Part shown: piece by piece, positions 47,497 through 62,339 of the stretch
How positions within the stretch are numbered: the first letter of the stretch is position 1
Layout: each line of letters starts with the position of its first letter
Source of the DNA: Phyllobates terribilis
Taxonomy: Eukaryota
NCBI RefSeq assembly: GCF_046119375.1
Contig: NW_027362772.1
Location: 310,558,001 to 310,622,000, forward strand
Direction: 5' to 3'
DNA: 64,000 bases
Made by a program: the position numbers and the translations under genes
Notes under the pieces: model-generated
Seen by the model: only the letters and a program-made list of their open reading frames with translations
Told to the model about the DNA's origin: nothing
Databases searched by the model: none

Positions 47497-48184
47497 TATC
47501 TCGGTGCTCTGATGTCACTCGATTATGTCACGTCCGGCGATAGTCTAACAGCAGAGTCCCGGGAGCGGCTACTACGGAGCGGGCGACCCTGCGGGTCAGA
47601 ACCAGAGACAGTCCATCTGCCATCCACCAAGATACTGGCGGCACTACAGCTCCCAGCAGCGCCACTGCAGAAAATACATGCTGAGAGTTGTAGTTCCAGA
47701 ACAATTCTTGAGCCCCAGATTCACAAAAGCTGCATTAAAGCCGGAAGAAAAGAAATGCAGATTATTATGGGAAACACGGACCAAAAAATGTAAGAAAAAT
47801 TGGAAAAAAATTGAAAAATCATCAGTAAAGAATCTAATTGTCCCATTTAGGTTGCTCTCAGAAATCAATGAAAGTGCAGGCTGCATACATGGGGTATAAC
47901 TTGCCGGGGGTCTGTCAGAGACCCCTGTATTTTATATGGCAGGTAGTAGATGGGGTTCGGAGATGGATTTGTATATTGGGGCACTCCACCACCTTGACAA
48001 TTTGCACTGAATGTCCCATCCAGCGATCAGCGGTGCTGATCTATGGAGCGAATCCGACAGCAAGAGATCAATTCCTCTAGAGCGCCACCACAGGGGAAAG
48101 AAGGTATTACACAGTTCTCATAAAAATCAATGGAGTTTGTGAAATGCAAGAAAGTGCTGCTTCCTCCACGGACAGACTCCCTAT

Positions 48185-48347
48185 TAATCCACGTTCACAC
48201 GTTCAGTATTTGGTCAGTATTTTACATCAGTAATTGTAAGTCAAAACCAGGAGTCACCACTTCTGCATTTATCATCCACTCCTGGTTTTGACTTACAAAT
48301 ACTGATGTAAAATACTGACCAAATACTGAACGTGTGAACGGGGCCTA
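48185..48347. mobile_element. Short palindromic MITE
   Basis: Arms gttcacacgttcagtatttggtcagtattttacatcagta..gtaagtcaaaaccaggagt / actcctggttttgacttac..tactgatgtaaaatactgaccaaatactgaacgtgtgaac. Confidence 0.75.
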
Positions 48348-48569
48348 AATGGGGCACTCAGCACCCCGACATATTCTGAGTCCTCATTCACTGTGACTGA
48401 CGTACGAGTTCTGTGAATCTCACAGATACAACATGAACCCGTTATAGTCTCTGGCACTGTTCACATGTCCGAAAACATTGTCCGATTTTGATTGGAGTCA
48501 CAGATCTAAATCACACAAACAAATCTGTGGGTCGGTGAAAATCACAGACCGCACATGGATGGCACCAGC

Positions 48570-51500
48570 GCAATCAGAGTATAATCAGTGCGCGGCCCGG
48601 GTGCAGTCAGTGCATGGTCAATCAGTGCGCGGCCCGGGTGCAGTCAGTGCATGGTCAGTCAGTGCGCGGCCCAGGTGCAGTCAGTGCATGGTCAGTCAGT
48701 GCGCGGCCCGGGTGCAGTCAGTGCATGGTCAATCAGTGCATGGCCCAGGTACAATCAGTGCACGGCATGGGTGCAGTCAGTGCATGGTCAATCAGTGCGC
48801 GGCCCGGGTGCAGTCAGTGCATGGTCAGTCAGTGCGCGGCCCGGGTGCAGTCAGTGCAATCAGAGTATAATCAGTGCGCGGCCCAGGTGCAGTCAGCGCA
48901 CTCAGAGTATAATCAGTGCGCGGCCCGGGTGCAGTCAGCGCAATCAGAGTATAATCAGTGCGCGGCCCGGGTGCAGTCAGCGCAATCAGAGTATAATCAG
49001 TGCGCGGCCCGGGTGCAGTCAGTGCATGGTCAATCAGTGCGCGGCCCAGGTGCAGTCAGTGCATGGTCAATCAGTGCGCGGCCCAGGTGCAGTCAGTGCA
49101 TGGTCAATCAGTGCGCGGCCCAGGTGCAGTCAGTGCATGGTCAATCAGTGCATGGCCCAGGTGCAGTCAGTGCATGGTCAATCAGTGCGCGGCCCGGGTG
49201 CAGTCAGTGCATGGTCAATCAGTGCATGGCCCAGGTGCAGTCAGTGCATGGTCGATCAGTGCGCGGCCCAGGTGCAGTCAGTGCATGGTCAATCAGTGCA
49301 TGGCCCAGGTACAATCAGTGCATGGTCAGTCAGTGCGCGGCCCAGGTGCAGTCAGTGCATGGTCAATCAGTGCATGGCCCAGGTACAATCAGTGCATGGT
49401 CAATCAGTGCGCGGCCCGGGTGCAGTCAGTGCATGGTCAGTCAGTGCGCGGCCCAGGTGCAGTCAGTGCATGGTCAATCAGTGCATGGCCCAGGTACAAT
49501 CAGTGCATGGCATGGGTGCAGTCAGTGCATGGTCAATCAGTGCGCGGCCCAGGTGCAGTCAGTGCATGGTCAATCAGTGCGCGGCCCGGGTGCAGTCAGT
49601 GCATGGTCAATCAGTGCGCGGCCCAGGTGCAGTCAGTGCATGGTCAATCAGTGCGCGGCCCAGGTGCAGTCAGTGCATGGTCAATCAGTGCATGGCCCAG
49701 GTACAATCAGTGCACGGCATGGGTGCAGTCAGTGCATGGTCAATCAGTGCGCGGCCCAGGTGCAGTCAGTGCATGGTCAATCAGTGCGCGGCCCAGGTGC
49801 AGTCAGTGCATGGTCAGTCAGTGCGCGGCCCGGGTGCAGTCAGTGCAATCAGAGTATAATCAGTGCGCGGCCCAGGTGCAGTCAGCGCAATCAGAGTATA
49901 ATCAGTGCGCGGCCTGGGTGCAGTCAGCGCAATCAGAGTATAACCAGTGCGCGGCCCGGGTGCAGTCAGCGCAATCAGAATATAATCAGTGCGCGGCCCG
50001 GGTGCAGTCAGTGCATGGTCAATCAGTGCGCGGCCCAGGTGCAGTCAGTGCATGGTCAATCAGTGCGCGGCCCAGGTGCAGTCAGTGCATGGTCAATCAG
50101 TGCGCGGCCCAGGTGCAGTCAGTGCATGGTCAATCAGTGCATGGCCCAGGTGCAGTCAGTGCATGGTCAATCAGTGCGCGGCCCGGGTGCAGTCGGTGCA
50201 TGGTCAATCAGTGCATGGCCCAGGTGCAGTCAGTGCATGGTCAATCAGTGCATGGCCCAGGTGCAGTCAGTGCATGGTCAATCAGTGCGCAGCCCGGGTG
50301 CAGTCAGTGCATGGTCAATCAGTGCGCAGCCCAGGTGCAGTCAGTGCATGGTCAATCAGTGCGCGGCCCGGGTGCAGTCAGTGCATGGTCAATCAGTGCG
50401 CGGCCCAGGTGCAGTCAGTGCATGGTCAATCAGTGCATGGCCCAGGTGCAGTCAGTGCATGGTCAATCAGTGCACGGCCCAGGTGCAGTCAGTGCATGGT
50501 CAGTCAGTGCGCGGCCCAGGTGCAGTCAGTGCTTGGTCAATCAGTGCGCGGCCCAGGTGCAGTCAGTGCATGGTCAATCAGTGCATGGCCCAGGTACAAT
50601 CAGTGCACGGCATGGGTGCAGTCAGTGCATGGTCAATCAGTGCGCGGCCCGGGTGCACTCAGTGCATGGTCAATCAGTGCGCGGCCCAGGTGCAGTCAGT
50701 GCATGGTCAATCAGTGCGCGGCCCAGGTGCAGTCAGTGCATGGTCAATCAGTGCGCGGCCCAGGTGCAGTCAGTGCATGGTCAGTCAGTGCGCGGCTCGG
50801 GTGCAGTCAGTGCATGGTCAATCAGTGCGCGGCCCGGGTGCAGTCAGCGCAATCAGAGTATAATCAGTGCGCGGCCCAGGTGCAGTCAGCGCAATCAGAG
50901 TATAATCAGTGCGCGGCCCGGGTGCAGTCAGCGCAATCAGAGTATAATCAGTGCGCGGCCCGGGTGCAGTCAGCGCAATCAGAGTATAATCAGTGCGCGG
51001 CCCGGGTGCAGTCAGCGCAATCAGAGTATAATCAGTGCGCGGCCCGGGTGCAGTCAGCGCAATCAGAGTATAATCAGTGCGCGGCCCGGGTGCAGTCAGT
51101 GCATGGTCAATCAGTGCGCGGCCCGGGTGCAGTCAGTGCATGGTCAATCAGTGTGCGGCCCAGGTGCAGTCAGTGCACAGTCAATCAGTGCGCGGCCCGG
51201 GTGCAGTCATTGAACGGTCAATCAGTGCGCGGCCGGGTGCAGTCAGTGCACGGTCAATCAGTGCGCGGCCCGGGTGCAGTCAGCGCAATCAGAGTATAAT
51301 CAGTGCGCGGCCTGGGTGCAGTCAGTGCATGGTCAATCAGTGCGCGGCCCGGGTGCAGTCAGTGCATGGTCAATCAGTGCGCGGCCCGGGTGCAGTCAGT
51401 GCACAGTCAATCAGTGCGCGGCCCGGGTGCAGTCATTGAACGGTCAATCAGTGCGCGGCCGGGTGCAGTCAGTGCACGGTCAATCAGTGCGCGGCCCGGG

Positions 51501-54120
51501 TGCAGTCAGTGCACGGTCAATCAGTGCAGTCAGTGCATGGTCAATCAGTGCACGGCCCGGGTGCAATTAGTGCACGGTCCGGATGCATTCAGTGCATGGT
51601 CAATCAGTGCACGGCCCGGGTGCAATTAGTGCACGGTCAATCAGTGCAGTCAGTGCATGGTCAATCAGTGCGCGGCCCGGGAGCAATTAGTGCACGGCCC
51701 GGATGCATTCAGTGCATGGTCAATCAGTGCACGGCCCGGGTGCAATTAGTGCACGGCCCGGGTGCAATTAGTGCGCGGCCCGGATGCATTCAGTGCATGG
51801 TCAATCAGTGCGCGGCCCGGGAGCAATTAGTGCGCGGCCCGGGTGCAGTCAGTGCATGGTCAATCAGTGCACGGCCCGGGTGCAATTAGTGCGCGTCCCG
51901 GATGCATTCAGTGCATGGTCAATCAGTGAGTGCGCGGCCCGGGAGCAATTAGTGCACGGCCCGGATACATTCAGTGCATGGTCAATCAGTGCATGGCCCG
52001 GGTGCAATCAGTGCATGGTCAATCAGTGCATGGCCCGGGTACAATCAGTGCGAGGCCCGGGTACAATCAGTGCATGGTCAATCAGTGCATGGCCCGGGTG
52101 CAGTCAGTGCATGGTCAATCAGTGCATGGCCCGGGTACAATCAGTGCACGGCACGGGTGCAGTCAGTGCGAGGCCTGGGTGCAGTCAGTGCATGGTCAAT
52201 CAGTGCGCGGCCCGGGTGCAGTCAGTGCATGGTCAATCAGTGCGCGGCCGGGGAGCAATTAGTGCACGGCCCGGATGCATTCAGTGCATGGTCAATCAGG
52301 GCATGGCCCGGGTGCAATCAGTGCATGGTCAATCAGTGCATGGCCCGGGTACAATCAGTGCGAGGCCCGGGTACAATCAGTGCATGGTCAATCAGTGCAC
52401 GGCATGGGTGCAGTCCGTACGAGGCCCGGGTGCAGTCAGCGCATGGTCAATCAGTGAGCGGCCCGGGTAGAATCAGTGTGCGGCCCAGGTCTAGTCAGTG
52501 CTTGGTCAATCAGTCCGCGGCCCAGGTGCAGTCAGTGCATGGTCAATCAGTGCATGGCCCAGGTACAATCAGTGCACGGCATGGGTGCAGTCAGTGCATG
52601 GTCAACCCGGGTGCAGTCAGTGCATGGTCAATCAGTGCGCGGCCTGGGTGCACTCAGTGCATGGTCAATCAGTGCGCGGCCCAGGTGCAGTCAGTGCATG
52701 GTCAATCAGTGCGCGGCCCAGGTGCAGTCAGTGCATGGTCAATCAGTGCGCGGCCCAGGTGCAGTCAGTGCATGGTCAGTCAGTGCGCGGCTCGGGTGCA
52801 GTCAGTGCATGGTCAATCAGTGCGCGGCCCGGGTGCAGTCAGCGCAATCAGAGTATAATCAGTGCGCGGCCCAGGTGCAGTCAGTGCAATCAGAGTATAA
52901 TCAGTGCGCGGCCCGGGTGCAGTCAGCGCAATCAGAGTATAATCAGTGCGCGGCCCGGGTGCAGTCAGCGCAATCAGAGTATAATCAGTGCGCGGCCTGG
53001 GTGCAGTCAGTGCATGGTCAATCAGTGTGCGGCCCAGGTGCAGTCAGTGCACAGTCAATCAGTGCGCGGCCCGGGTGCAGTCATTGAACGGTCAATCAGT
53101 GCGCGGCCGGGTGCAGTCAGTGCACGGTCAATCAGTGCACGGCCCGGGTGCAGTCAGTGCACGGTCAATCAGTGCAGTCAGTGCATGGTCAATCAGTGCA
53201 CGGCCCGGGTGCAATTAGTGCACGGTCCGGATGCATTCAGTGCATGGTCAATCAGTGCACGGCCCGGGTGCAGTCAGTGCATGGTCAATCAGTGCGCGGC
53301 CCGGGAGCAATTAGTGCACGGCCCGGATGCATTCAGTGCATGGTCAATCAGTGCACGGCCCGGGTGCAATTAGTGCACGGCCCGGGTGCAATTAGTGCGC
53401 GGCCCGGATGCATTCAGTGCATGGTCAATCAGTGCGCGGCCCGGGAGCAATTAGTGCGCGGCCCGGGTGCAGTCAGTGCATGGTCAATCAGTGCACGGCC
53501 CGGGTGCAATTAGTGCGCGTCCCGGATGCATTCAGTGCATGGTCAATCAGTGAGTGCGCGGCCCGGGAGCAATTAGTGCACGGCCCGGATGCATTCAGTG
53601 CATGGTCAATCAGTGCATGGCCCGGGTACAATCAGTGCGAGGCCCGGGTACATTCAGTGCATGGCCCGGGTACATTCAGTGCACGGCCCGGGTGCAGTCA
53701 GTGCATGGTCAATCAGTGCATGGCCCGGGTACAATCAGTGCACGGCACAGGTGCAGTCAGTGCGAGGCCTGGGTGCAGTCAGTGCATGGTCAATCAGTGC
53801 GCGGCCCGGGTGCAGTCAGTGCATGGTCAATCAGTGCGCGGCCGGGGAGCAATTAGTGCACGGCCCGGATGCATTCAGTGCATGGTCAATCAGGGCATGG
53901 CCCGGGTGCAATCAGTGCATGGTCAATCAGTGCATGGCCCGGGTACAATCAGTGCGAGGCCCGGGTACAATCAGTGCATGGTCAATCAGTGCACGGCATG
54001 GGTGCAGTCCGTACGAGGCCCGGGTGCAGTCAGCGCATGGTCAATCAGTGAGCGGCCCGGGTAGAATCAGTGTGCGGCCCAGGTCTAGTCAGTGCGCGGC
54101 CCGGATGCAGTCAGTGAGCA
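48570..54120. repeat. Complex satellite with 37-bp main unit and 42-bp variant unit
   Basis: gtgcagtcagtgcatggtcaatcagtgcgcggcccag (37 bp) and tgcagtcagcgcaatcagagtataatcagtgcgcggcccggg (42 bp), built from cagtgc sub-repeats. Confidence 0.97.
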
Positions 54121-54664
54121 GTCTGTGATTAACTGTGTAATGTCTGGGAGAAGGTGCATAATTCACTGACACCAACCAAACTCTGATGATGCCGGTACGT
54201 GAATAAAAAACTCAGGCCTTAGGGTATGAGCACACGGCGCCTTCACGACACTCGCCAAGTTTTTCCTCGATGAAGCCACTCCAGGAAAAGCCGGCAGTCT
54301 TCTTCCTGTAGCTGCTTTGCCATCGTCTTTGCGGCTATTCAGCCGCCGCCGACCGTTTCTATTGCTTACACTATAACTAGCGAGCGGCCGGGGAATGATT
54401 GCGCGCCTTGTTCCATCGGCTTCATGACTTCTGAACCCCAAAGAGGTTAAAAGAAGCAGCAGCGATCGGCTCGTGCGCACTAATCATACTTACATTGTGG
54501 CCTTTTCTCTGGTGCTTTTTCAGACGAGATCCAGGCGGGATTCACATAAGAACGATGTTGTGGGCACAAAACCTTATACCGAGCTAAGCTTGTGAGAGGC
54601 CGAGGACCTCGGAAAGAAAGGAACACACTACACAAGACGGCCCCGAAATACAGATGTTCAGTGG

Positions 54665-57600
54665 AGAAAACGTGACCAACACCTGGAGACATCGGGGGGA
54701 CGTGACCGACACCTGGAGACATCGGGGGGACGTGACCGACACCTGGAGACATTGGGGGGAACGTGACCGACACCTGGAGACATCGGGGGGACGTGACCGA
54801 CACCTGGAGATATAAAGGGGGATGTGAACGACACCTGGAGACATCGGGGGGACGTGACCGACACCTGGAGACATCGGGGGGACGTGACCGACACCTGGAG
54901 ACATTGGGGGGATGTGACCGACACCTGGAGACATCGGGGGGACGTGACCGACACCTGGAGACATCGGGGGGACGTGACCGACACCTGGAGACATCGGGGG
55001 GGACGTGACCGACACCTGGAGACATCGGGGGGGACGTGACCGACACCTGGAGACATCGGGGGGGACGTGACCGACACCTGGAGACATCGGGGGGGACGTG
55101 ACCGACACCTGGAGACATGGGGGGGGGGGGACGTGACCGACACCTGGAGACATGGGGGGGGACATGACCGACACCTGGAGACATCGGGGGGACGTGACCG
55201 ACACCTGGAGATATCGGGGGGATGTGAATGACACCTGGAGACATCGGGGGGCGTGACCGACACCTGGAGACATCGGGGGGGATGTGACCGACACCTGGAG
55301 ACATTGGGGGGACGTGACCGACACTTGGAGACATGGGGGGGACGTGACTGACACCTGGAGACATCGGTGAGACGTGACTGACACCTGGAGACATCGGGGG
55401 GACGTGACCGACACCTGGAGACATCGGGGGGACGTGACCGACACCTGGAGACATCGGGGGGGACGTGACCGACACCTGGAGACATCGGGGGGACGTGACC
55501 GACACCTGGAGACATGGGGGGGGGACGTGACCACCACCTGGAGACATTGGGGGGGACATGACCGACACCTGGAGACATCGGGGGGACGTGACCGACACCT
55601 GGAGATATCGGGGGGATGTGAACGACACCTGGAGACATCGGGGGGACGTGACCGACACCTGGAGACATGGGGGGGGATGTGACCGACACCTGGAGACATT
55701 GGGGGGACGTGACCGACACCTGGAGACATGGGGGGGACGTGACTGACACCTGGAGACATCGGTGAGACGTGACTGACACCTGGAGACATGGGGGGGGGAC
55801 ATGACCGACACCTGGAGACATGGGGGGGGACATGACCGACACCTGGAGACATCGGGGGGACGTGACCGACACCTGGAGACATCGAGGGGACATGAGCGAC
55901 ACCTGGAGACATCGGGGGGACATGACCGTCACCTGGAGACATCGGGGGGACATGACCAACACCTGGAGATATTGCAGGGAAGCTGGACGTGACCGACATC
56001 TGGAAATATTGGAAGGGTAGTGACCGAAACTTGGGAGATATTGGAGGGGTTGGGAGGTGGACACCCGAAAATATTAGGAGGGAATGTAACCGACATCTGG
56101 AGACATGGGGTGGACGTCACCGACACCTGGAGACATTGGGGGGGACGTGATGGACACCTGGAGACATCGGGAAGGACGTGACCAACACCTGGAGATATTG
56201 AGAAGGATGTGACCAACACCTAGAGACATGGGGGGGGGTGGGGGACGTGACCGACACCTGGAGACATTGGGAAGGACGTGACTGACATCTGGAGACATTG
56301 GGGGGTGGGGGACTTGACCGACACCTGGAGACATTGGGAATGACGTGACCGACACCTGAGGGGTTGGGAGGTGGACGTGGACACCTAAAAATATTAGGGG
56401 GGAATGTAACCGACACCTGGAGACATCGGGGAGGGGGAACCTGACGGACACCTAGAGACATTGGCAGGGACGTGACGGACACCTGGAGACATCGGGAAGG
56501 ACGTGACCGACACTTGGAGACATCGGGAAGGACGTGACGGACACCTGGATATATCGAGGGGACGTGATCGACATGACTGAAACCTGGAGACAACGGGGTG
56601 AACATGACCGACACCTGGAGACATCGGGGGGGGGGGGACGTGAGCGACACCTGGAGACATGGGGGGGGACGTGACGGACACCTGGAGACATCGGGGGGAC
56701 GTGACCAACACCAAGAGACATCGGGAAGGACATATCCGACATCTGGAGACATTGAGGGGTGGGGAATGTGACCGACACCTGGAGACATCAGGAAGGACGT
56801 GACCGACATCTGGAGACATCGAGGGTTGGGGGACGTGACCGACACCTGGAGACATCGGGAAGGACGTGACTGACATCTAGAGACATCGAGGGGTGGGGGA
56901 CGTGATTGACACCTGGAGACATCGGGAAGGACGTGACCGACAACTAGAGACATCGAGGGGTGGGGGACGTGAGCGACACCTGAAGATATCGGAGGGGTTG
57001 GGAAGTGGACGTGGACACCTGAAAATATTAGGAGGGAATGTAACCGACATCTGGAGACATCGAGGGGTGGGGGATGTGACCGACACCTGGAGACATCGGG
57101 AAGGACGTGACCGACACTTGGAGACATCGGGAAGGACGTGACGGACACCTGGATATATTGAGGGGACGTGATCGACATGACTGAAACCTGGAGACAACGG
57201 GATGAACATGACCGACACCTGGAGACATCTGGGGGGGGACGTGAGCGACACCTGGAGACATGGGGGGGGGTGTGACGGACACCTGGAGACATCGGGGGGA
57301 CGTGACCAACACCAAGAGACATCGGGGGGACGTGACCAACACCAAGAGACATCGGGAAGGACATATCCGACATCTGGAGACATTGAGGGGTGGGGAATGT
57401 GACCGACACCTGGAGACATCGGGAAGGACGTGACCGACATCTAGAGACATCGAGGGGTGGGGGACGTGAGCGACACCTGAAGATATCGGAGGGGTTGGGA
57501 AGTGGACGTGGACACCTGAAAATATTAGGAGGGAATGTAACCGACATCTGGAGACATCGAGGGGTGGGGGATGTGACCGACACCTGGAGACATCGGGAAG

Positions 57601-60600
57601 GACGTGACCGACATCTAGAGACATTGAGGGGTGGGGGACGTGAGCGACACCTGGAGACATCGGGAAGGACGTGACTGACATCTAGAGACATCGAGGGGTG
57701 GGGGACGTGAGCGACACCTGAAGATATCGGAGGGGTTGGGACGTGGACACCTGAAAATATTAGGAGGGAATGTAACCGACATCTGGAAACATCGAGGGGT
57801 GGGGGACGTGACCGACACCTGGAGACATCAAGAGGGACGTGACCGACACCTGGAGACATCGGGGGGGACGTGACCGACACCTGGAGACATCGGGGGGACA
57901 TGACCGACACCTGGAGACATGGGGGGGGGGACGTGACCGACACCTGGAGACATTGGGGGGGACATGACCGACACCTGGAGACATCGGGGGGACGTGACCG
58001 ACACCTGGAGACATGGGGGGGGGACGTAACCGACACCTGGAGACATGGGGGGGGACATGACCGACACCTGGAGACATCGGGGGGACGTGACCGACACCTG
58101 GAGACATCGGGGGGACATGAGCGACACCTGGAGACATCGGCGGGACATGACCGTCACCTGGAGACATAGGAGGGACGTGACCAACACCTGGAGATATTGC
58201 AGGGAAGCTGGACGTGACCGACATCTGGAAATATTGGAAGGGTAGTGACCGAAACTTGGGAGATATTGGAGGGGTTGGGAGGTGGACACCCGAAAATATT
58301 AGGAGGGAATGTAACCGACATCTGGAGACATGGGGTGGACGTCACCGACACCTGGAGACATTGGGGGGGACGTGATGGACACCTGGAGACATCGTGAAGG
58401 ACGTGACCAACACCTGGAGATATTGAGAAGGATGTGACCAACACCTAGAGACATCAGGGGGACGTGACCGACACCTGGAGACATGGGGGGAGGGGGGGGG
58501 ACGTGACCGACACCTGGAGACATTGGGAAGGACGTGACTGACATCTGGAGACATTGGGGGGTGGGGGACTTGACCGACAACTGGAGACATTGGGAAGGAC
58601 GTGACCGACACCTGAGGGGTTGGGAGGTGGACGTGGACACCTAAAAATATTAGGGGGGAATGTAACCGACACCTGGAGACATCGGGGAGGGGGAACCTGA
58701 TGGACACCTAGAGACATTGGCAGGGACGTGACGGACACCTGGAGACATCGGGAAGGACGTGACCGACACTTGGAGACATCGGGAAGGACGTGACGGACAC
58801 CTGGATATATCGAGGGGACGTGATCGACATGACTGAAACCTGGAGACAACGGGGTGAACATGACCGACACCTGGAGACATCGGGGGGGGGACGTGACGGA
58901 CACCTGGAGACATGGGGGGGGGGACGTGACGGACACCTGGAGACATCGGGGGGACGTGACCAACACCAAGAGACATTGGGAAGGACATATCCGACATCTG
59001 GAGACATTGAGGGGTGGGGAATGTGACCGACACCTGGAGACATCAGGAAGGACGTGACCGACATCTGGAGACATCGAGGGTTGGGGGACGTGACCGACAC
59101 CTGGAGACATCGGGAAGGACGTGACTGACATCTAGAGACATCGAGGGGTGGGGGACGTGATTGACACCTGGAGACATCGGGAAGGACGTGACCGACAACT
59201 AGAGACATCGAGGGGTGGGGGACGTGAGCGACACCTGAAGATATCGGAGGGGTTGGGAAGTGGACGTGGACACCTGAAAATATTAGGAGGGAATGTAACC
59301 GACATCTGGAGACATCGAGGGGTGGGGGATGTGACCGACACCTGGAGACATCGGGAAGGACGTGACCGACACTTGGAGACATCGGGAAGGACGTGACGGA
59401 CACCTGGATATATTGAGGGGACGTGATCGACATGACTGAAACCTGGAGACAACGGGATGAACATGACCGACACCTGGAGACATCTGGGGGGGGACGTGAG
59501 CGACACCTGGAGACATGGGGGGGGGTGTGACGGACACCTGGAGACATCGGGGGGACGTGACCAACACCAAGAGACATCAGGGGGACGTGACCAACACCAA
59601 GAGACATCGGGAAGGACATATCCGACATCTGGAGACATTGAGGGGTGGGGAATGTGACCGACACCTGGAGACATCGGGAAGGACGTGACCGACATCTAGA
59701 GACATCGAGGGGTGGGGGACGTGAGCGACACCTGAAGATATCGGAGGGGTTGGGAAGTGGATGTGGACACCTGAAAATATTAGGAGGGAATGTAACCGAC
59801 ATCTGGAGACATCGAGGGGTGGGGGATGTGACCGACACCTGGAGACATCGGGAAGGACGTGACCGACATCTAGAGACATTGAGGGGTGGGGGACGTGAGC
59901 GACACCTGGAGACATCGGGAAGGACGTGACTGACATCTAGAGACATCGAGGGGTGGGGGACGTGAGCGACACCTGAAGATATCGGAGGGGTTGGGACGTG
60001 GACACCTGAAAATATTAGGAGGGAATGTAACCGACATCTGGAAACATCGAGGGGTGGGGGACGTGACCGACACCTGGAGACATCAAGAGGGACGTGACCG
60101 ACACCTGGAGACATCGGGGGGGACGTGACCGACACCTGGAGACATCGGGGGGACATGACCGACACCTGGAGACATGGGGGGGGGGACGTGACCGACACCT
60201 GGAGACATTGGGGGGGACATGACCGACACCTGGAGACATCGGGGGGACGTGACCGACACCTGGAGACATGGGGGGGGGACGTGACCGACACCTGGAGACA
60301 TGGGGGGGGACATGACCGACACCTGGAGACATCGGGGGGACGTGACCGACACCTGGAGACATCGGGGGGACATGAGCGACACCTGGAGACATCGGCGGGA
60401 CATGACCGTCACCTGGAGACATAGGAGGGACGTGACCAACACCTGGAGATATTGCAGGGAAGCTGGACGTGACCGACATCTGGAAATATTGGAAGGGTAG
60501 TGACCGAAACTTGGGAGATATTGGAGGGGTTGGGAGGTGGACACCCGAAAATATTAGGAGGGAATGTAACCGACATCTGGAGACATGGGGTGGACGTCAC

Positions 60601-62240
60601 CGACACCTGGAGACATTGGGGGGGACGTGATGGACACCTGGAGACATCGTGAAGGACGTGACCAACACCTGGAGATATTGAGAAGGATGTGACCAACACC
60701 TAGAGACATCAGGGGGACGTGACCGACACCTGGAGACATGGGGGGAGGGGGGGGGACGTGACCGACACCTGGAGACATTGGGAAGGACGTGACTGACATC
60801 TGGAGACATTGGGGGGTGGGGGACTTGACCGACAACTGGAGACATTGGGAAGGACGTGACCGACACCTGAGGGGTTGGGAGGTGGACGTGGACACCTAAA
60901 AATATTAGGGGGGAATGTAACCGACACCTGGAGACATCGGGGAGGGGGAACCTGATGGACACCTAGAGACATTGGCAGGGACGTGACGGACACCTGGAGA
61001 CATCGGGAAGGACGTGACCGACACTTGGAGACATCGGGAAGGACGTGACGGACACCTGGATATATCGAGGGGACGTGATCGACATGACTGAAACCTGGAG
61101 ACAACGGGGTGAACATGACCGACACCTGGAGACATCGGGGGGGGGACGTGACGGACACCTGGAGACATGGGGGGGGGGACGTGACGGACACCTGGAGACA
61201 TCGGGGGGACGTGACCAACACCAAGAGACATTGGGAAGGACATATCCGACATCTGGAGACATTGAGGGGTGGGGAATGTGACCGACACCTGGAGACATCA
61301 GGAAGGACGTGACCGACATCTGGAGACATCGAGGGTTGGGGGACGTGACCGACACCTGGAGACATCGGGAAGGACGTGACCGACATCTAGGGGTGGGGGA
61401 CGTGAGCGACACCTGAAGATATCGGAGGGGCTGGGAAGTGGACGTGGACAACTGAAAATATTAGGAGGGAATGTAACCGACATCTGGAGACATCGAGGGG
61501 TGGGGGATGTGACTGACACCTGGAGACATCGGGAAGGACGTGACCGACATCTAGAGACATTGAGGGGTGGGGGACGTGAGCGACACCTGAAGATATCGGA
61601 GGGGTTGGGATGTGGACACCTGAAAATATTAGGAGGGAATGTAACCGACATCTGGAAACATCGAGGGGTGGGGGACATGACCGACACCTGGAGACATCGG
61701 GGGGGACGTGAAAGACACCTGGATACATCGGGGGGACGTGACCGACACCTAGAGACACCGGGAAGGAGATGACCGACGCCCGGAGACAACGGGGGTGGGG
61801 TGGGGGGGACATGACTGACACCTGGAGACATCGGAAAGGACGTGTCTGACACCTGGATACATGTGTGGGGGGACGTGACGGACACCTGGAGACATCGGGA
61901 AGACCGTGACCGACACCTGGATCCTTTGGGAGGACATGACCGACGCCTGGAGACATCGGGGGGACGTGACCGACACCTGGATACATGTGTGGGGGGACGT
62001 GACCGACACCTGGAAACATCGGGGATACGTGACCGACGCCTGGAGACATCGGGGGGACGTGACCGACGCCTGGAGACATCGGGGGGACGTGACCGACGCC
62101 TGGAGACATCGGGGGGACGTGACCGACGCCTGGAGGCATCGGGGGGACGTGACTGACACCTGGAGACAATGGAGGGGGGGGCATGACCGACACCTGGAGA
62201 TATCGGGGGACGACGACGAAGTGACCGATACCTGGAGACA
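54665..62240. repeat. ~30-bp G-rich minisatellite with a 2255-bp higher-order repeat, directly upstream of SORL1
   Basis: Unit gacgtgaccgacacctggagacatcgggggg. Matching ORFs recur at a 2255-bp offset (56893/59148, 57390/59645, 58154/60409, 58790/61045). Confidence 0.97.
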
Positions 62241-62339
62241 TGAAGTGGGAGGGGGTTTGGGGGAAGGTGACTGATGTTTGGGAGATGCGTCCGATCCCTG
62301 CATGTTTCTAGGGGGATGAGGCGAGGGGGGCCCAGCGCC

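Noticed and set aside
54163-54480. 105-aa minus-strand ORF with a hydrophobic N-terminus between two arrays
   Set aside because: No recognisable domain, a non-ATG start and no supporting exon structure.
48588-62303. Cys/Gln/Ser-rich and Pro/Ser-rich ORFs resembling keratin-associated proteins, mucins or zinc fingers
   Set aside because: They derive from 37/42-bp and 30-bp satellites with frequent frame changes and no unique termini.
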